Part shown: one piece after another, positions 9,387 through 19,686 of the stretch
Layout: every line of letters starts with the position of its first letter
How positions within the stretch are numbered: position 1 is the first letter of the stretch
NCBI GenBank assembly: GCA_964641915.1
Contig: CAZXNN010000001.1
Coordinates: forward strand, 1-53,222
Direction of reading: 5' to 3'
From: an uncultured Nitrospira sp.
GTDB lineage: Bacteria; Nitrospirota; Nitrospiria; Nitrospirales; Nitrospiraceae
DNA: 53,222 nt
Made by a program: the position numbers and the translations under genes
The notes under the pieces: model-generated
Databases searched by the model: none
Told to the model about the DNA's origin: nothing
Seen by the model: the letters and a program-made list of their open reading frames with translations, nothing else

Positions 9387-10800
9387 GATCGCCGCCCTGC
9401 TCCTGAACGTTATTCCGAACCTCAGTCCGTATCGGTGGGCCAACCGATCGACAGCCTGCAAGATCTCCACTAGACGATTCCTTACGAACATCACTTTGAC
9501 AGCTTTGTCGGCTCAAGTCTTCAAATACTCGAATCCATTCTCCGATCATGCGTTCAAAGCTAAACATTTGAAGCGCGACAGCTTGCCCCCTTGAGGCTAT
9601 GGTTAAGATCTCCTGCCTATCCCTTGCAAGCCTAACCAAGAGGCGGCTCAATACCACACTATCATCCGCAGGAAAAAGAGGAAGGTTTGCGGCTGAAGCG
9701 ATTTCCATCGCTCCACCACTCCCTGTGGTTATGACCGCACACCCGGCCAAGAGTGCCTCAATCGACACAAATCCAAGGCCCTCCGGCCGCTTTGATGAAA
9801 ACACGAAGAGGTCATGGCTCTTATAAACTTCCGACATTTTCTCGTGAGGCACTTTACCCAGCCATACGATTCTATCTGCCACGTGCAGATTCCTGGCCTG
9901 TGCTTTGAGCTGCTCCATATAATCAGCTGGGCCCATGCCGACGACGGTCAACGTCATCATCTCGCGCTCAGCAGCGCCAAAGTGACCGAACGCTTCAATG
10001 ATAGTCTGGAGACCACGGTCTTGGGTGACCTGTCCAGCGTAAAGCACACGTAATGGCGATCGCTCCACTTGGGGCTTTGGCAATGGCTCAAGGAACCGAG
10101 TGACATGCACACCACCATAAATTACTTTGCTCAAGGGAAACTCTAGACCAGCTTCTCGGTGCCTAACACGCAAAAAATCACTCAAGAAACAGACACAGGA
10201 TGGCGTATGGGAAAGATCTCTCGTTGGAATACCTTGCTCACGCACAGATCGCTCCCATCGCAGTCCGATCCAACGGAGCAGCGGACGAAGAAAGTGAGGG
10301 CCCCACTCGCCCGCCCAGAGAACCTGCCAAACTGACGCAGCCAATCGACCGTCAATTCCATAGTCATTGATCAACCAATTGTCATCAACAGCATGAACGT
10401 CGGGAATTCCCCACTTATTTGCGAGCGGGAGGATAACTTTTGTAAGTCCGTTGAGATTCCACCAATTGATCACGTCCGGCCTGAACTCTTCCACGGCCTG
10501 TCTGAACTGGGCAACGTCCTGCAACTCTCGTCGAGCTTGCAGTATCCGCCATGGCCATTGGACAACCGGTTGAGGATCAAAATAATACTCATGCAACCGA
10601 CGATGTACGGACACTCCTGAAACTTCATCATCTCGCCGTCGGATAGTTCCTACAGAGGTCAAGGGTACCCCATAGGTGCTCGTCAAGACTCGCACCTGAT
10701 GGCCGACTGCATGCAGCGCTTCAGCGACCTGGGCACAGTGAACCTCATACCCTCCTAGATAATGAGGCGGGTATAAGTTTGTCACGATAAGGATTTTCAT
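9370..10800 (-). CDS. GT4 glycosyltransferase
   Basis: MKILIVTNLYPPHYLGGYE, LYAGQV, EGLGFVSIEALLAG (Ex7E motif). Confidence 0.88.
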   Translation of the reverse strand: MKILIVTNLYPPHYLGGYEVHCAQVAEALHAVGHQVRVLTSTYGVPLTSVGTIRRRDDEVSGVSVHRRLHEYYFDPQPVVQWPWRILQARRELQDVAQFRQAVEEFRPDVINWWNLNGLTKVILPLANKWGIPDVHAVDDNWLINDYGIDGRLAASVWQVLWAGEWGPHFLRPLLRWIGLRWERSVREQGIPTRDLSHTPSCVCFLSDFLRVRHREAGLEFPLSKVIYGGVHVTRFLEPLPKPQVERSPLRVLYAGQVTQDRGLQTIIEAFGHFGAAEREMMTLTVVGMGPADYMEQLKAQARNLHVADRIVWLGKVPHEKMSEVYKSHDLFVFSSKRPEGLGFVSIEALLAGCAVITTGSGGAMEIASAANLPLFPADDSVVLSRLLVRLARDRQEILTIASRGQAVALQMFSFERMIGEWIRVFEDLSRQSCQSDVRKESSSGDLAGCRSVGPPIRTEVRNNVQEQGGDHEPNP

Positions 10801-11276
10801 GAATCTCTCAAACTATTGAGACTTGCGGGGTCCGAGTGTTGAGCACCCTTAACTTCCTCTTCATAACAACCGACCCCATGTCTCCGAATCGAATGGGCAC
10901 AAAGATCTTTGAGTGACAATTTACTCATTTCTGTGCGCGCTCTTTAAGCCGGTTGAGCTCGATTAATGCGGCAGTGATCTGAATGACACCCGATCAAAGA
11001 GAATTCCCCTAGTCCAACCAGAGACAGACTGTTTGCCACATTCTTCGATTTTACTGAACGGCATTGCTCGCCCCAACACCATCATCTGCTGCGTTTACTG
11101 ATACAGGTACATCCCCACACCCAGTATAGAAGCCAGAGACGATACTTCCGACGATCAACGGCTACGACTCCTGTCCATCCCGTTTTCCAAGGGACTTCGA
11201 AGAGGAGCGGAAATCGCTTAAACTCATGCCCTCCTCATAGACCATGCCTGAGAGAATCCGCTCTCGGCAGCATCGC

Positions 11277-11524
11277 TTACGCGAGAATCACCGATTGCAA
11301 ACGCTGCATGGCCTGCTCGATCTCAAAATGTTCGTGGATGCGTCGTCGCGACGCTAGCCCCATTCTTTCACGAGTTCCAGCATTCCCCAACAACTGCCGA
11401 ATGCCTATTTCCAATCCTTCGGCATCGCCTTGCGCGACGAACAATTTGCTCGAATGATGCACAACAACCTCGCCGCTCCTCAGATAGTTTGCCAGATACG
11501 TATTTGCACACTTAGGACTTTCAT
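11277..11524 (-). pseudogene. Internally deleted, frameshifted GT4 remnant
   Basis: ATG at 11524 gives MKVLSV, then a shifted frame ANTYLANYLRSGEVVVHH (GT4 N-terminus-like) running directly into a GT4 C-terminus QGDAEGLEIGIRQLLGNAGTRERMGLASRRRIHEHFEIEQAMQRL. Total length is only about 80 codons. Confidence 0.7.
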
Positions 11525-11531
11525 GAATATC

Positions 11532-12854
11532 TCAAGACGGCAGAGTTGGACGTGAACGAGTGCTGAGCATCTTCCGAACTTCCTCTTCGTAGCGCTTCAC
11601 GGTTCGTGCCCATGTCCAATGAGCACGAACATGCTCGCCCGCTTGCCTCCCCATTTCATTGCGCTTCTCCTTATGCTGCTGGAGATAGACGATCGCTGCT
11701 GCAATCTGCTCAACATCGCGATCGACGAGTATTCCTGTAATCCCATCGATAACAGACTCTCTAACTGCGGCCTCTTTGATTCCGATAACCGGCGTCCCGC
11801 TCGCCATCGCCTCAATTGCGACAAGCCCGAACGGTTCCATGATGGAAACAAAGGCCAACGCAAGCGCCTGCCGGTACAGGTTGGCCAATTCAGGTTGGCT
11901 CGGCCTATAGGTAATCGTCACATCCACACCGTTCTCTTTTGCCATACAACGCAGCTCTTCGCTATATCCGGGATCCTCCGAACGTTCGGCGTGCTCCGGT
12001 GTAGCAATAACAACGCGCGGACGTTGAGCCCGATCAATCAACGCAACTGCCTCGATCACCAAGTGATGTTGCTTGGTTCGGATGATTCGGCCGGCTGAAA
12101 GCACCATCGGCTCCACAGGCAGTGCAGCCGACTCAAAATCCGAGCAATCGACCCCAGCGTAGCAAACGTTCGAATAACACCGGTAGTGTTGAAATAATAC
12201 CTCTTTTGAAAAATATGAATTCGTCAGAATGAGTTGAGCTAGGTTGGTAACCGCTATATCGTGACGTTCCATTAGGTATGAAGAAAGAGCCTGGGCACCG
12301 TCGCAGAGGAAGTTGTAGCAACGTATCACCCCTGAAATGCTTGCTCGTTTTTCCACTGGAGCAAGGCCTTGGTAGCGTGCGACCGACGGCTCATGGCTAT
12401 AGACAACGGTAGGTTTTCGGAGATACGGCATAAGATTTATGGCTCTGCAGCCAGGATGCTGATCAATATGAACGTAATCATACTTTCCCGCGTTAATGGT
12501 TTCGGCAAGCTCTTTCATCGGTCGATTGATCTTCCAAGTGTTCCAGAAGGTTGCAACAAGCTGCGCAAGTGAGCTTACGAGATACGGCCTCAACCACGAC
12601 ATGTCTGGACGCACAAGAACTACTTCAGAGGAGGCTCTCACAAACGGGGTAAGCGGCAAATAGTCCACATCTGAGACAGATCCGCGGACAACGAACTCAT
12701 CGATTACATGCCCTCGCGCAGCCAGATTGCGAACCATTTCAAAGGCAAAGCGCTTCGATCCGCCCATATTGCCATTATGAATCCAGGCAATCCGTAAACT
12801 GGATTGGCCCTTGTCGGCACAGCCTAGGCAGCTCTCGTGAACTGGCTCACCCAT
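11532..12854 (-). CDS. GT4 glycosyltransferase
   Basis: NMGGSKR, TNSYFS, SAGRI, EPFGLVAIEAMASGTPVI, ESVIDGITG. Confidence 0.88.
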   Translation of the reverse strand: MGEPVHESCLGCADKGQSSLRIAWIHNGNMGGSKRFAFEMVRNLAARGHVIDEFVVRGSVSDVDYLPLTPFVRASSEVVLVRPDMSWLRPYLVSSLAQLVATFWNTWKINRPMKELAETINAGKYDYVHIDQHPGCRAINLMPYLRKPTVVYSHEPSVARYQGLAPVEKRASISGVIRCYNFLCDGAQALSSYLMERHDIAVTNLAQLILTNSYFSKEVLFQHYRCYSNVCYAGVDCSDFESAALPVEPMVLSAGRIIRTKQHHLVIEAVALIDRAQRPRVVIATPEHAERSEDPGYSEELRCMAKENGVDVTITYRPSQPELANLYRQALALAFVSIMEPFGLVAIEAMASGTPVIGIKEAAVRESVIDGITGILVDRDVEQIAAAIVYLQQHKEKRNEMGRQAGEHVRAHWTWARTVKRYEEEVRKMLSTRSRPTLPS

Positions 12855-12888
12855 ATCCCCACCACCTCACTTTCACCGTGACGTGCGT

Positions 12889-13386
12889 TTACGTGCTCTT
12901 CCATCGCCGCTGGATCCACGGCGCCGCAAACCGGGAATTGCCGATCACTATGCGATCGCCACGCATGCCCCGATACGAGAAAGTTGAATAGCCCAGCGTC
13001 CGGATCCGGCGGCTAAGCAGATACCGTGCGGCCCACCCTGCCGTACAGGGAAGCTGCTGGCTTGAAGGCCATTCGAACAGAAAGAGGCGGTACACCATCC
13101 CATGCCGTGCGCACAGAACGGCAGCAGGCCATGCCCTGAATAGACTAACAAATCGTACTGCTCAGTGAGCTGAGGATCACATCGGCGTCTTTTGCGAACA
13201 CACCCAGGTCCTATTCCAGGCAAGAGAACGAGCCAAGAGAATCAAGCACAATCCGCTCATTGCCCCCGCTCAAGTCATACCCGAAGGCTGCGGCCAGGCC
13301 TGCCAATGAATATCTCTTCCTGCTGTAGATCCCATCGACCGAATAGTGTTCCGACAACCGCGCTGCTAACTGGCTCCCGCCGAGAC
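12889..13386 (-). pseudogene. Degraded N-terminal half of a GT4 gene (ALG11-like type)
   Basis: Three broken minus-strand frames read LGGSQ..LSEHYSVD..LAAAFGYDLSG, then QYDLLVYSGHGLLPFC, then ARHGMVY..F.FE...MRGDRIVIGNSRFAAPWIQRRWK. Together they resemble a GT4 N-domain (GG, YDL, NSxF) with stops and frameshifts. Confidence 0.6.
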
Positions 13387-14685
13387 TTAAGTTTGCTCCT
13401 TTGTCCTGCTTTCCTCTGCACATACGACCGCCCGTCCTTGTAATAGCGCCATCGTCCGATCAGTTGCGGTGTCCCAGGAAAACCAAGTCGATGCCAATTT
13501 CTTAGCCCCCTCTCCGAGCTGTCGCCTGAGACCGGGGTCGTCGATCACTCGGAGAACAGCCGCAGCCATCTCGTCAGGGGACTTTGGCGGACACCACAGA
13601 ACATTCACCCCTTCAACAAACGGACTCTCCTCTATCCTAGGTTTCGTGGCAACGACTGGTAGGCCATGAGCCGCTACCGCAGCAAACGAGCTATTGTTCA
13701 AGTATAATCCCAGGTCGTGGGAGAACACGCACATATCTGAGGCATAGAGAAAGCGTGACGCATCATCACTTTCCGTTTCGAACTCGCCCGTCCACACTAC
13801 CTTATCCCCAAAGCCAAGATCGTCAGGCATGGCCCGCATTTCTTCAGCGAACCGCGGACGATCGGGATACTCATGAGCGAGCACCCCTCCCACCAAAAGT
13901 AGTCGCGCCTGAGGACGTACACGGCTGACCACATGGAACGCTTTCAGCAGCGTTTCGATGCCCTTGGGGGGATAGATCAGGCCGAAATACACCAGAACAA
14001 GCTGTTCGGCAGAAAACCCCAATTGAGCCCTTGTGGCACGACGGGTTTCTTGGTCAGTACGGGTCGTCATTTTTAAGAGCGGCGGAGGCGGAACGAGCGC
14101 GCACTTCGCGGCTACAGAAGAATCGAGCTCATTCAACATGTCTTGATGCCGCTGGCTCATGACAATGATCGCATCACTATCTCGTAACAACGTCCCGAAC
14201 TCGTAGTCCACTCCTTGAGTTCCGACCCCCCATCGCACAACCCTACGCAAGGCCCGAGACAGAAAAGATTGTTTTCCGACCTTGCTTCCATGGGGATAGG
14301 CAAACATGACCACCACGCGGGCGCGCCTTGAAACCATCTTGCATAGGGAGGGAAAGAACGTAATCATAGGGTGATCGTTATAGATAAACCCAATGTAATA
14401 TAGGAGCACAGCGTCGGGCTTATATCGCCACACGGTCCAGAGAAGGAGAGGCAGATCCCGCCAGGACCAGTCAGGGATCACATCTTGGACCTTGCTCCGA
14501 TCCGGCAGCGAACTGCCAGCCGTGGTAATGACCTTCACGTTCACATCTCGTTCAGCCAGATAGGAGGCAATGCGGTAGCAATGATCGGCCTCACCGGCTT
14601 TCATTGGGGGGTATGCACCGGAAATAATCTGCACCTTAAAGGGCTGGTTTGACTCCACCGTTCCCACTCCACTACTCCTGTTCAC
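13387..14685 (-). CDS. GT4 glycosyltransferase
   Basis: GAYPPMKAGEADH, YFGLIYPPKGIE, NSSFAAVAAHGLPVV, WFSWD. GT-B fold with an atypical Ex7E region. Confidence 0.82.
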   Translation of the reverse strand: MNRSSGVGTVESNQPFKVQIISGAYPPMKAGEADHCYRIASYLAERDVNVKVITTAGSSLPDRSKVQDVIPDWSWRDLPLLLWTVWRYKPDAVLLYYIGFIYNDHPMITFFPSLCKMVSRRARVVVMFAYPHGSKVGKQSFLSRALRRVVRWGVGTQGVDYEFGTLLRDSDAIIVMSQRHQDMLNELDSSVAAKCALVPPPPLLKMTTRTDQETRRATRAQLGFSAEQLVLVYFGLIYPPKGIETLLKAFHVVSRVRPQARLLLVGGVLAHEYPDRPRFAEEMRAMPDDLGFGDKVVWTGEFETESDDASRFLYASDMCVFSHDLGLYLNNSSFAAVAAHGLPVVATKPRIEESPFVEGVNVLWCPPKSPDEMAAAVLRVIDDPGLRRQLGEGAKKLASTWFSWDTATDRTMALLQGRAVVCAEESRTKEQT

Positions 14686-15118
14686 ATGCTACGCGCACCA
14701 TGCAAGGATTCACCGTCACGATTGCATCACAACTCCACAACCTCGGGTTGCGGGCGCATGCCGCAGTATCAGTCGCGGGGTGACAGGCCCTACTTCACGA
14801 GCACTACGTGACTATACCTATTACAACTGCCGCCTGTTCACTTTTCGGCCGACTTATCTATGGATCGCATCATTCTCCGAACAACCCTTTCGAGAGAAGT
14901 TCGAATTCTACTTTGATATACCGCTACTTGGCGTTCCCTCCAAGCTTTAAGTGCATTCTTCTCTACTCCCCGGACCAAGGCATGAACCGTTCCGCCACCT
15001 TTCTCCACGGATAGCGACCGGCAGTAAGCGATTGGAAGCTTCAACGAGCGGCGCGACCTTAAACAGCCTGAGCCAGGAGCGGTCCGACCAGCGGACCTGT
15101 GGGCGGCGCCGAATGCGC

Positions 15119-16975
15119 CTACTCCGGTTGATGCGGCCTTCCAGCTCCCTCAGCAGGGCCTGATCGACTCCTCCCCGCATTGGCTCTGATCCTGTCGGGA
15201 TCCGGGAAACCGCTCCGGATCACCTCGTTATAGGAAGAGCCTCCGAGCCCTTGAAACGGAGCCATATTATTGATCACAGTATTATGCTCCGCTCGATGGA
15301 ACACGATGCCGATCGGAACGTTCTCCAGCAGATTATCGGCAAGCCGGATCTGGCTGCTTCCTTCATCCAGATAAATGGCAGACACAAGATGCTCGCCGGC
15401 CGAAGGCGAGCGGGCGATGTTAAAAATATAATTCTCTACGAGCTGTGTTCCCGGCTGCCTCGACAGCATATAGATCCCTGCTCCATCGGCTAAAAGCCTC
15501 ATCACATTATGAATACGGTTTCGCCTGATCAGATTATTCTTCAGCGGCGTCGCCTCCAGCGTCCACCCCCAGCCGACGCTGATGCCCGTATAGGGCATGT
15601 CCGCCAGTTCGTTATTTTCAATCGCAAGACCTTCTGTATAGCCGGCGAAAATCCCCACGCTGCTATGGTAGTCCCGGCCGATCTTCGTGATGAGATTGTC
15701 CTTGATCACATTGTCGCGGCAGACGTGCCCCGCATCGGCCGGATGCTGATCGAGATCCATCCCGATGGAAATGCCGGTGGCGCTGATATCTCGAAAGGCA
15801 TTACCCACCAACGCGCTGTGGCGAACACCCGACCAGAACGTGACCGCCGTCGCTCCGAGATTGCGAAATGCATTGCCCTCAAACCGTATGTTCTCGGCAT
15901 CCTGCACGTGGATAGCCCCTGGAACTTGATGGTTCCGATCGCTTCCGTTCGTCAATATGCTGTCCGCTTGGCCCGTCGCAAATCCCTCCTCGCTCGGCTC
16001 AAGCCATGCCGAATACTCAAAAGCAAGGCCGTGGAATTCAATGTTCATCACAGGCCTCCTCGGGGTGCCTTGGAGTCGAACCAGCTCCACGAGCATGGGG
16101 ACGATCACCACCGCCGTCGACAGATCTTCCCCTGCACGCGGCTTATAGAACACTTCATTGGTCGCCAGGCTCACATACCACTCGCCCTCCGCATCCAAGA
16201 ATTCATACGCGTTCTCCAGATAATAGGGCTGCTCCCGCTTTCTGAGGAAACCATGACTGCTAAAGGCCTTGGTCCGATCCGGTTCCAGCGGTATGAGGCG
16301 GGCCTCCGGTCCGTCAACAGTGAACAAGGCAAGCCGCAGATTATTTTGCGTCCACTCCTTATGCACGATCAATTCGACGCCGCGAATGTCCCCAAGATTC
16401 GGGAGTTCCGAACCGGCCACCACAAGAGTTCGACCAGACTCATCCCAGTACCGGAGCCTGTAAATACTCCCTACATTGGGCGTTCTTGCCCGAATGCCGG
16501 ACTGCCCATTGACGTACAATTGACGGAATTGACGGCCATGGCTGTCAGCCTTATACAGACCATTTTCTGCAGGGACCCATCCGGAGACCCGTTTCCCGCC
16601 GGTAATGACAGGATGCTCACCGGGATAGGCCATATACTTCACTCGGTAGCCGTCATGACCGGAATCATTGGCCTCAAACACGACCGGGGCATCCAATTCG
16701 TACAGCCCCTCTCTCAAGTACACGATGGCATCGCCACTCCAACTTCCTTTGGTCTCCCGAATGGCCTGCTTCGCTCTCTCCAACGTCATAAAGGGTTCGT
16801 GTAGGGTTCCCGGGTGACTATCGGACCCGCCGCTTGACGAGGGCGCCACATACACCGTCGTCTGAGTGCGGCCTTCATGCAGTTTGGCGTGCGGCACGGC
16901 CGCACATCCCGCCATCGCTGCCATGCCCGTACAAAGTGCCATGACGCTACGCACGGATCCGTTCCAGAACATCAT
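15119..16975 (-). CDS. Right-handed parallel beta-helix protein (GH141-like), predicted lipoprotein
   Basis: Lipobox-like MAG-C, VYVAP..GSDSHPGT..PFMTLERA, YLREGLY, RQLYVNG, YYLENAYEFLDAEGEWY, YTGISVGWGW, DGAGIY, IYLDEGSS, and repeated beta-helix Asn ladders. Confidence 0.8.
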   Translation of the reverse strand: MMFWNGSVRSVMALCTGMAAMAGCAAVPHAKLHEGRTQTTVYVAPSSSGGSDSHPGTLHEPFMTLERAKQAIRETKGSWSGDAIVYLREGLYELDAPVVFEANDSGHDGYRVKYMAYPGEHPVITGGKRVSGWVPAENGLYKADSHGRQFRQLYVNGQSGIRARTPNVGSIYRLRYWDESGRTLVVAGSELPNLGDIRGVELIVHKEWTQNNLRLALFTVDGPEARLIPLEPDRTKAFSSHGFLRKREQPYYLENAYEFLDAEGEWYVSLATNEVFYKPRAGEDLSTAVVIVPMLVELVRLQGTPRRPVMNIEFHGLAFEYSAWLEPSEEGFATGQADSILTNGSDRNHQVPGAIHVQDAENIRFEGNAFRNLGATAVTFWSGVRHSALVGNAFRDISATGISIGMDLDQHPADAGHVCRDNVIKDNLITKIGRDYHSSVGIFAGYTEGLAIENNELADMPYTGISVGWGWTLEATPLKNNLIRRNRIHNVMRLLADGAGIYMLSRQPGTQLVENYIFNIARSPSAGEHLVSAIYLDEGSSQIRLADNLLENVPIGIVFHRAEHNTVINNMAPFQGLGGSSYNEVIRSGFPDPDRIRANAGRSRSGPAEGAGRPHQPE

Positions 16976-17083
16976 CCGCTGTTGCCTCCATCCAACGGCT
17001 CAAACCCGACGCCCGACCGGGACCGCCTCCCTCCCGGCTTCAGGACTGCGCCCTCGAACCGGACAGGCCTCACGAAGTCGCGC

Positions 17084-18913
17084 TCAGCGATCAACGCGCA
17101 CACCTGCCTCCCCCTGAACTCCCTGAGATGCACCGACCGCCTGATCCATCCGGTAAATCAAAAATGTCGTCGGCCTCCGGGACGCATAGACCAGCTTCCA
17201 CCCGTCGGGAGACTGCAATTCTCTCATCCCATCAAAACCATCATCGGTAAAGTAGTTGGAGAGAAACCTCAATCGAGGGATATCTCCTTTGTGTATCATG
17301 ACATACCGGTCCGGCCCTGCCCGCGTGTTCTCTACGATCCAATTAAGTAATGGGATGCCTCCCTCCGCAAACACGGGCATCTCAGGCGTCCAGACAGCGA
17401 TCCGGCCTCGAAGCCCGACGTGCCAGGAATAGCCTATATACGGGTTTCCCGCACTCATCAACACAAGATCCTGCGAATGCAGCGTACCGCCGATCCAGGC
17501 CGATACCTCCTCAAAATCCGGGGACAGGGCTGCAGGCGTCCGGGGCCAATGAACCTCCTGCGTCGCCATCGCATACCCTGAGATGAACACAAACAACGCT
17601 CCAGCGAGAGCGGGAAGCCATCGGCGTGTCGTCACGCCCAGAAATTGCTGGAAGACTGTCCGGTCGAGAAAGCCGAGGGCACAGGTGAATCCGATGGCCG
17701 CATACAGATAGACGAGCGGAACCAGCACGGCGATGAAACGGCTCGCCGGAACGGATTGGTTCATCCAGGCAAATGGTACAAAGATCCCCGCCATGAAGAA
17801 AACCGGGTAGAGCACTCGCGGATTCCGCATTTCAGATGCCAGTCCCATACAGCACAACAAACACACCAGCGCACCGATACCCTTGATATAGACGAACGGC
17901 TCCAGGCTGGCCAGAAATAACCGGCTCTCACGCCACGCTCCGGTCGAAGCTCTCATCACAATGTCCGAAAAGGAGTGCGAGGCGAGGTAGGACTGCATCG
18001 TCGGTAACGCATGTCCTTCCCAAATGACTTCAGGATACTGCCGCACAAGCTGGTACTTCGGGAGGTAGATGTCATCCCAATGGTCGAGCCACAGGGCATG
18101 CGAATTGGCGCTCTCATAGGCCGGCTCTCCATAGAGCAATATATTCCTTGTGATCAGCGGGGAGCAGATCAGAGCGAATAGGAGAAAGAAGGCCCAGAAG
18201 CGGGGCTTCTGCACGACCCTCGGGCCGAAGATCAAGAGCGTCGCCACGGCAAACACCGGAACGAGGATCAGGCCGGTCCCTTTCGTCAGGTACGCAAGTC
18301 CGCTGAATACGCCGGCCCCTATCCAATACCGGTCATCACGAGTGCCCTTCATCATGCAAAAGAGGCTCAAGAGCATAAACAGCATCAGCGTCGTCTCACA
18401 TTGAACGTGGGAAGAGACGCGGAGGAAGGTCACATTCAGCGCAAGCCCGCCCGCCGCCAAATACGCCACGTCATCGCCGCACAGATCTCTACAGATGTAG
18501 AAAAATGCCACGACGACCAGCAGCCCCATGGCAAGCGAAAGCACCTGCGCTCTCGGAAAGAAGACCAGCTCATTTGAGGCGAACGTGGATAGCAGCAGAG
18601 GGTAGAGGGGCTTCTGCACAGCCGCCTGATACTCGCCGCTGAACAGGACATGAAGGAAACTTGAGGCTCCTCCGTGTTCCTTGATGAACAGGCCCAGATG
18701 CAAAAACGCCTGAGTATCTTCGAACCAGGGCTCACCGGAAGACTCATTCACCTTGTCGAGCCCGATGAGAACAAATGAGGCGGCAATCAGCACCAGCACC
18801 GCGGCTGTCCATCTCCTGTGGCGACGAGAGCCCGCCACCGAGCCGTCCGGGCTCTGTTCTTCGGCCCCTACCCGGCCACAGGCAAGGAAGGCATGGATGC
18901 GATGACGAATCAT
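17084..18913 (-). CDS. ArnT/PMT-like GT-C membrane glycosyltransferase
   Basis: Many TM segments, luminal ED motif (WFEDTQAF), KPLYPLLL, GLAYLTKG, RFIAVLVP. ATG at 18913 is coupled to the upstream stop (ATGA). Confidence 0.8.
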   Translation of the reverse strand: MIRHRIHAFLACGRVGAEEQSPDGSVAGSRRHRRWTAAVLVLIAASFVLIGLDKVNESSGEPWFEDTQAFLHLGLFIKEHGGASSFLHVLFSGEYQAAVQKPLYPLLLSTFASNELVFFPRAQVLSLAMGLLVVVAFFYICRDLCGDDVAYLAAGGLALNVTFLRVSSHVQCETTLMLFMLLSLFCMMKGTRDDRYWIGAGVFSGLAYLTKGTGLILVPVFAVATLLIFGPRVVQKPRFWAFFLLFALICSPLITRNILLYGEPAYESANSHALWLDHWDDIYLPKYQLVRQYPEVIWEGHALPTMQSYLASHSFSDIVMRASTGAWRESRLFLASLEPFVYIKGIGALVCLLCCMGLASEMRNPRVLYPVFFMAGIFVPFAWMNQSVPASRFIAVLVPLVYLYAAIGFTCALGFLDRTVFQQFLGVTTRRWLPALAGALFVFISGYAMATQEVHWPRTPAALSPDFEEVSAWIGGTLHSQDLVLMSAGNPYIGYSWHVGLRGRIAVWTPEMPVFAEGGIPLLNWIVENTRAGPDRYVMIHKGDIPRLRFLSNYFTDDGFDGMRELQSPDGWKLVYASRRPTTFLIYRMDQAVGASQGVQGEAGVRVDR

Positions 18914-19662
18914 CTGAATCGCTCCTTCGCCGTAAGTCCTGACGGTGAATGGGGAGAGACTCGGGCTGCCACTACCAAACTCTGCCCGATCACAGGCTCC
19001 CACCGCCGCTCCAGCCATGGGATCCAACTCATGAACAACCGGTCATAGAGCCAGACGCTCCACGGGTCCAGCGCGGTCCGCTTGAATACTTTCCCGGTAA
19101 GAAACCATGTGACGGTCCCGAGAAGATTAAAATACCGAAGACCAACCACGTCGAAGCCGACTCTGCTCAACAGCTCATGCAGCTCGGCCTTCCGATACCT
19201 CCGAACATGCCCGAAGGCAGCGTCCAGAGACCCATATAACCCCGGCAACGCCGGAACGAACAGCAATAGCGTTCCTCCCGGTGCGAGGGAGCGATGAACC
19301 GCACGCAACAGGTCTTCCTCGCGATCGACATGCTCAAGCACATTGATCAGCACCACGGAGTCGCACGAGATGGAATCGGCCACCGCCGCGAATTGCCCAT
19401 GGACCAATCGCACTCGGGAATTCCCGAAAAATTCCTCGCGCAGCAGAGGAAACAAATTGTCCGCCGGCTCGATCAATGTGAGGGCCGTAATGTGCGGGCA
19501 GGCCAACAGATGTTTGGAGAAGGTGCCGATTCCAGCTCCGATCTCCACCACCCGGCTTCCCAGATACGGAGCTACGTGATCGAAGATGGACGCGTAATAG
19601 TTGGACGCCTGTTTGAAGACCGCCAGTTCTGCACGGTCATAGGACGCACCCTCACGGTTCAT
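18910..19662 (-). CDS. Class I SAM-dependent methyltransferase
   Basis: VVEIGAGIG, INVLEHV, LAPGG, VPALPGLYGSLD..GHVRRY. Confidence 0.88.
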   Translation of the reverse strand: MNREGASYDRAELAVFKQASNYYASIFDHVAPYLGSRVVEIGAGIGTFSKHLLACPHITALTLIEPADNLFPLLREEFFGNSRVRLVHGQFAAVADSISCDSVVLINVLEHVDREEDLLRAVHRSLAPGGTLLLFVPALPGLYGSLDAAFGHVRRYRKAELHELLSRVGFDVVGLRYFNLLGTVTWFLTGKVFKRTALDPWSVWLYDRLFMSWIPWLERRWEPVIGQSLVVAARVSPHSPSGLTAKERFR

Positions 19663-19686
19663 GACGGCCGCACGGAGGAATGCGCT

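Noticed and set aside
11277-13386. Idea that the two GT4 remnants are halves of one gene split by insertion of 11532..12854
   Set aside because: The downstream remnant has its own ATG and GT4-like N-terminus (MKVL..), so they are two separate decayed genes.
12872-14721. Similar word CGT(G/C)ACGGTGAA shortly upstream of two GT4 starts
   Set aside because: Only two imperfect copies, and a similar word also occurs inside a coding region near 18940. Insufficient for an operator call.
14838-15044. 68-aa minus-strand ORF in the 14.7-15.1 kb gap
   Set aside because: TTG start without a clear RBS and no recognisable similarity. Cannot be supported as a gene or pseudogene.
15509-16804. 431-aa plus-strand ORF
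   Set aside because: Lies entirely antisense to the beta-helix gene and has no recognisable motifs. Typical shadow ORF of GC-rich coding DNA.
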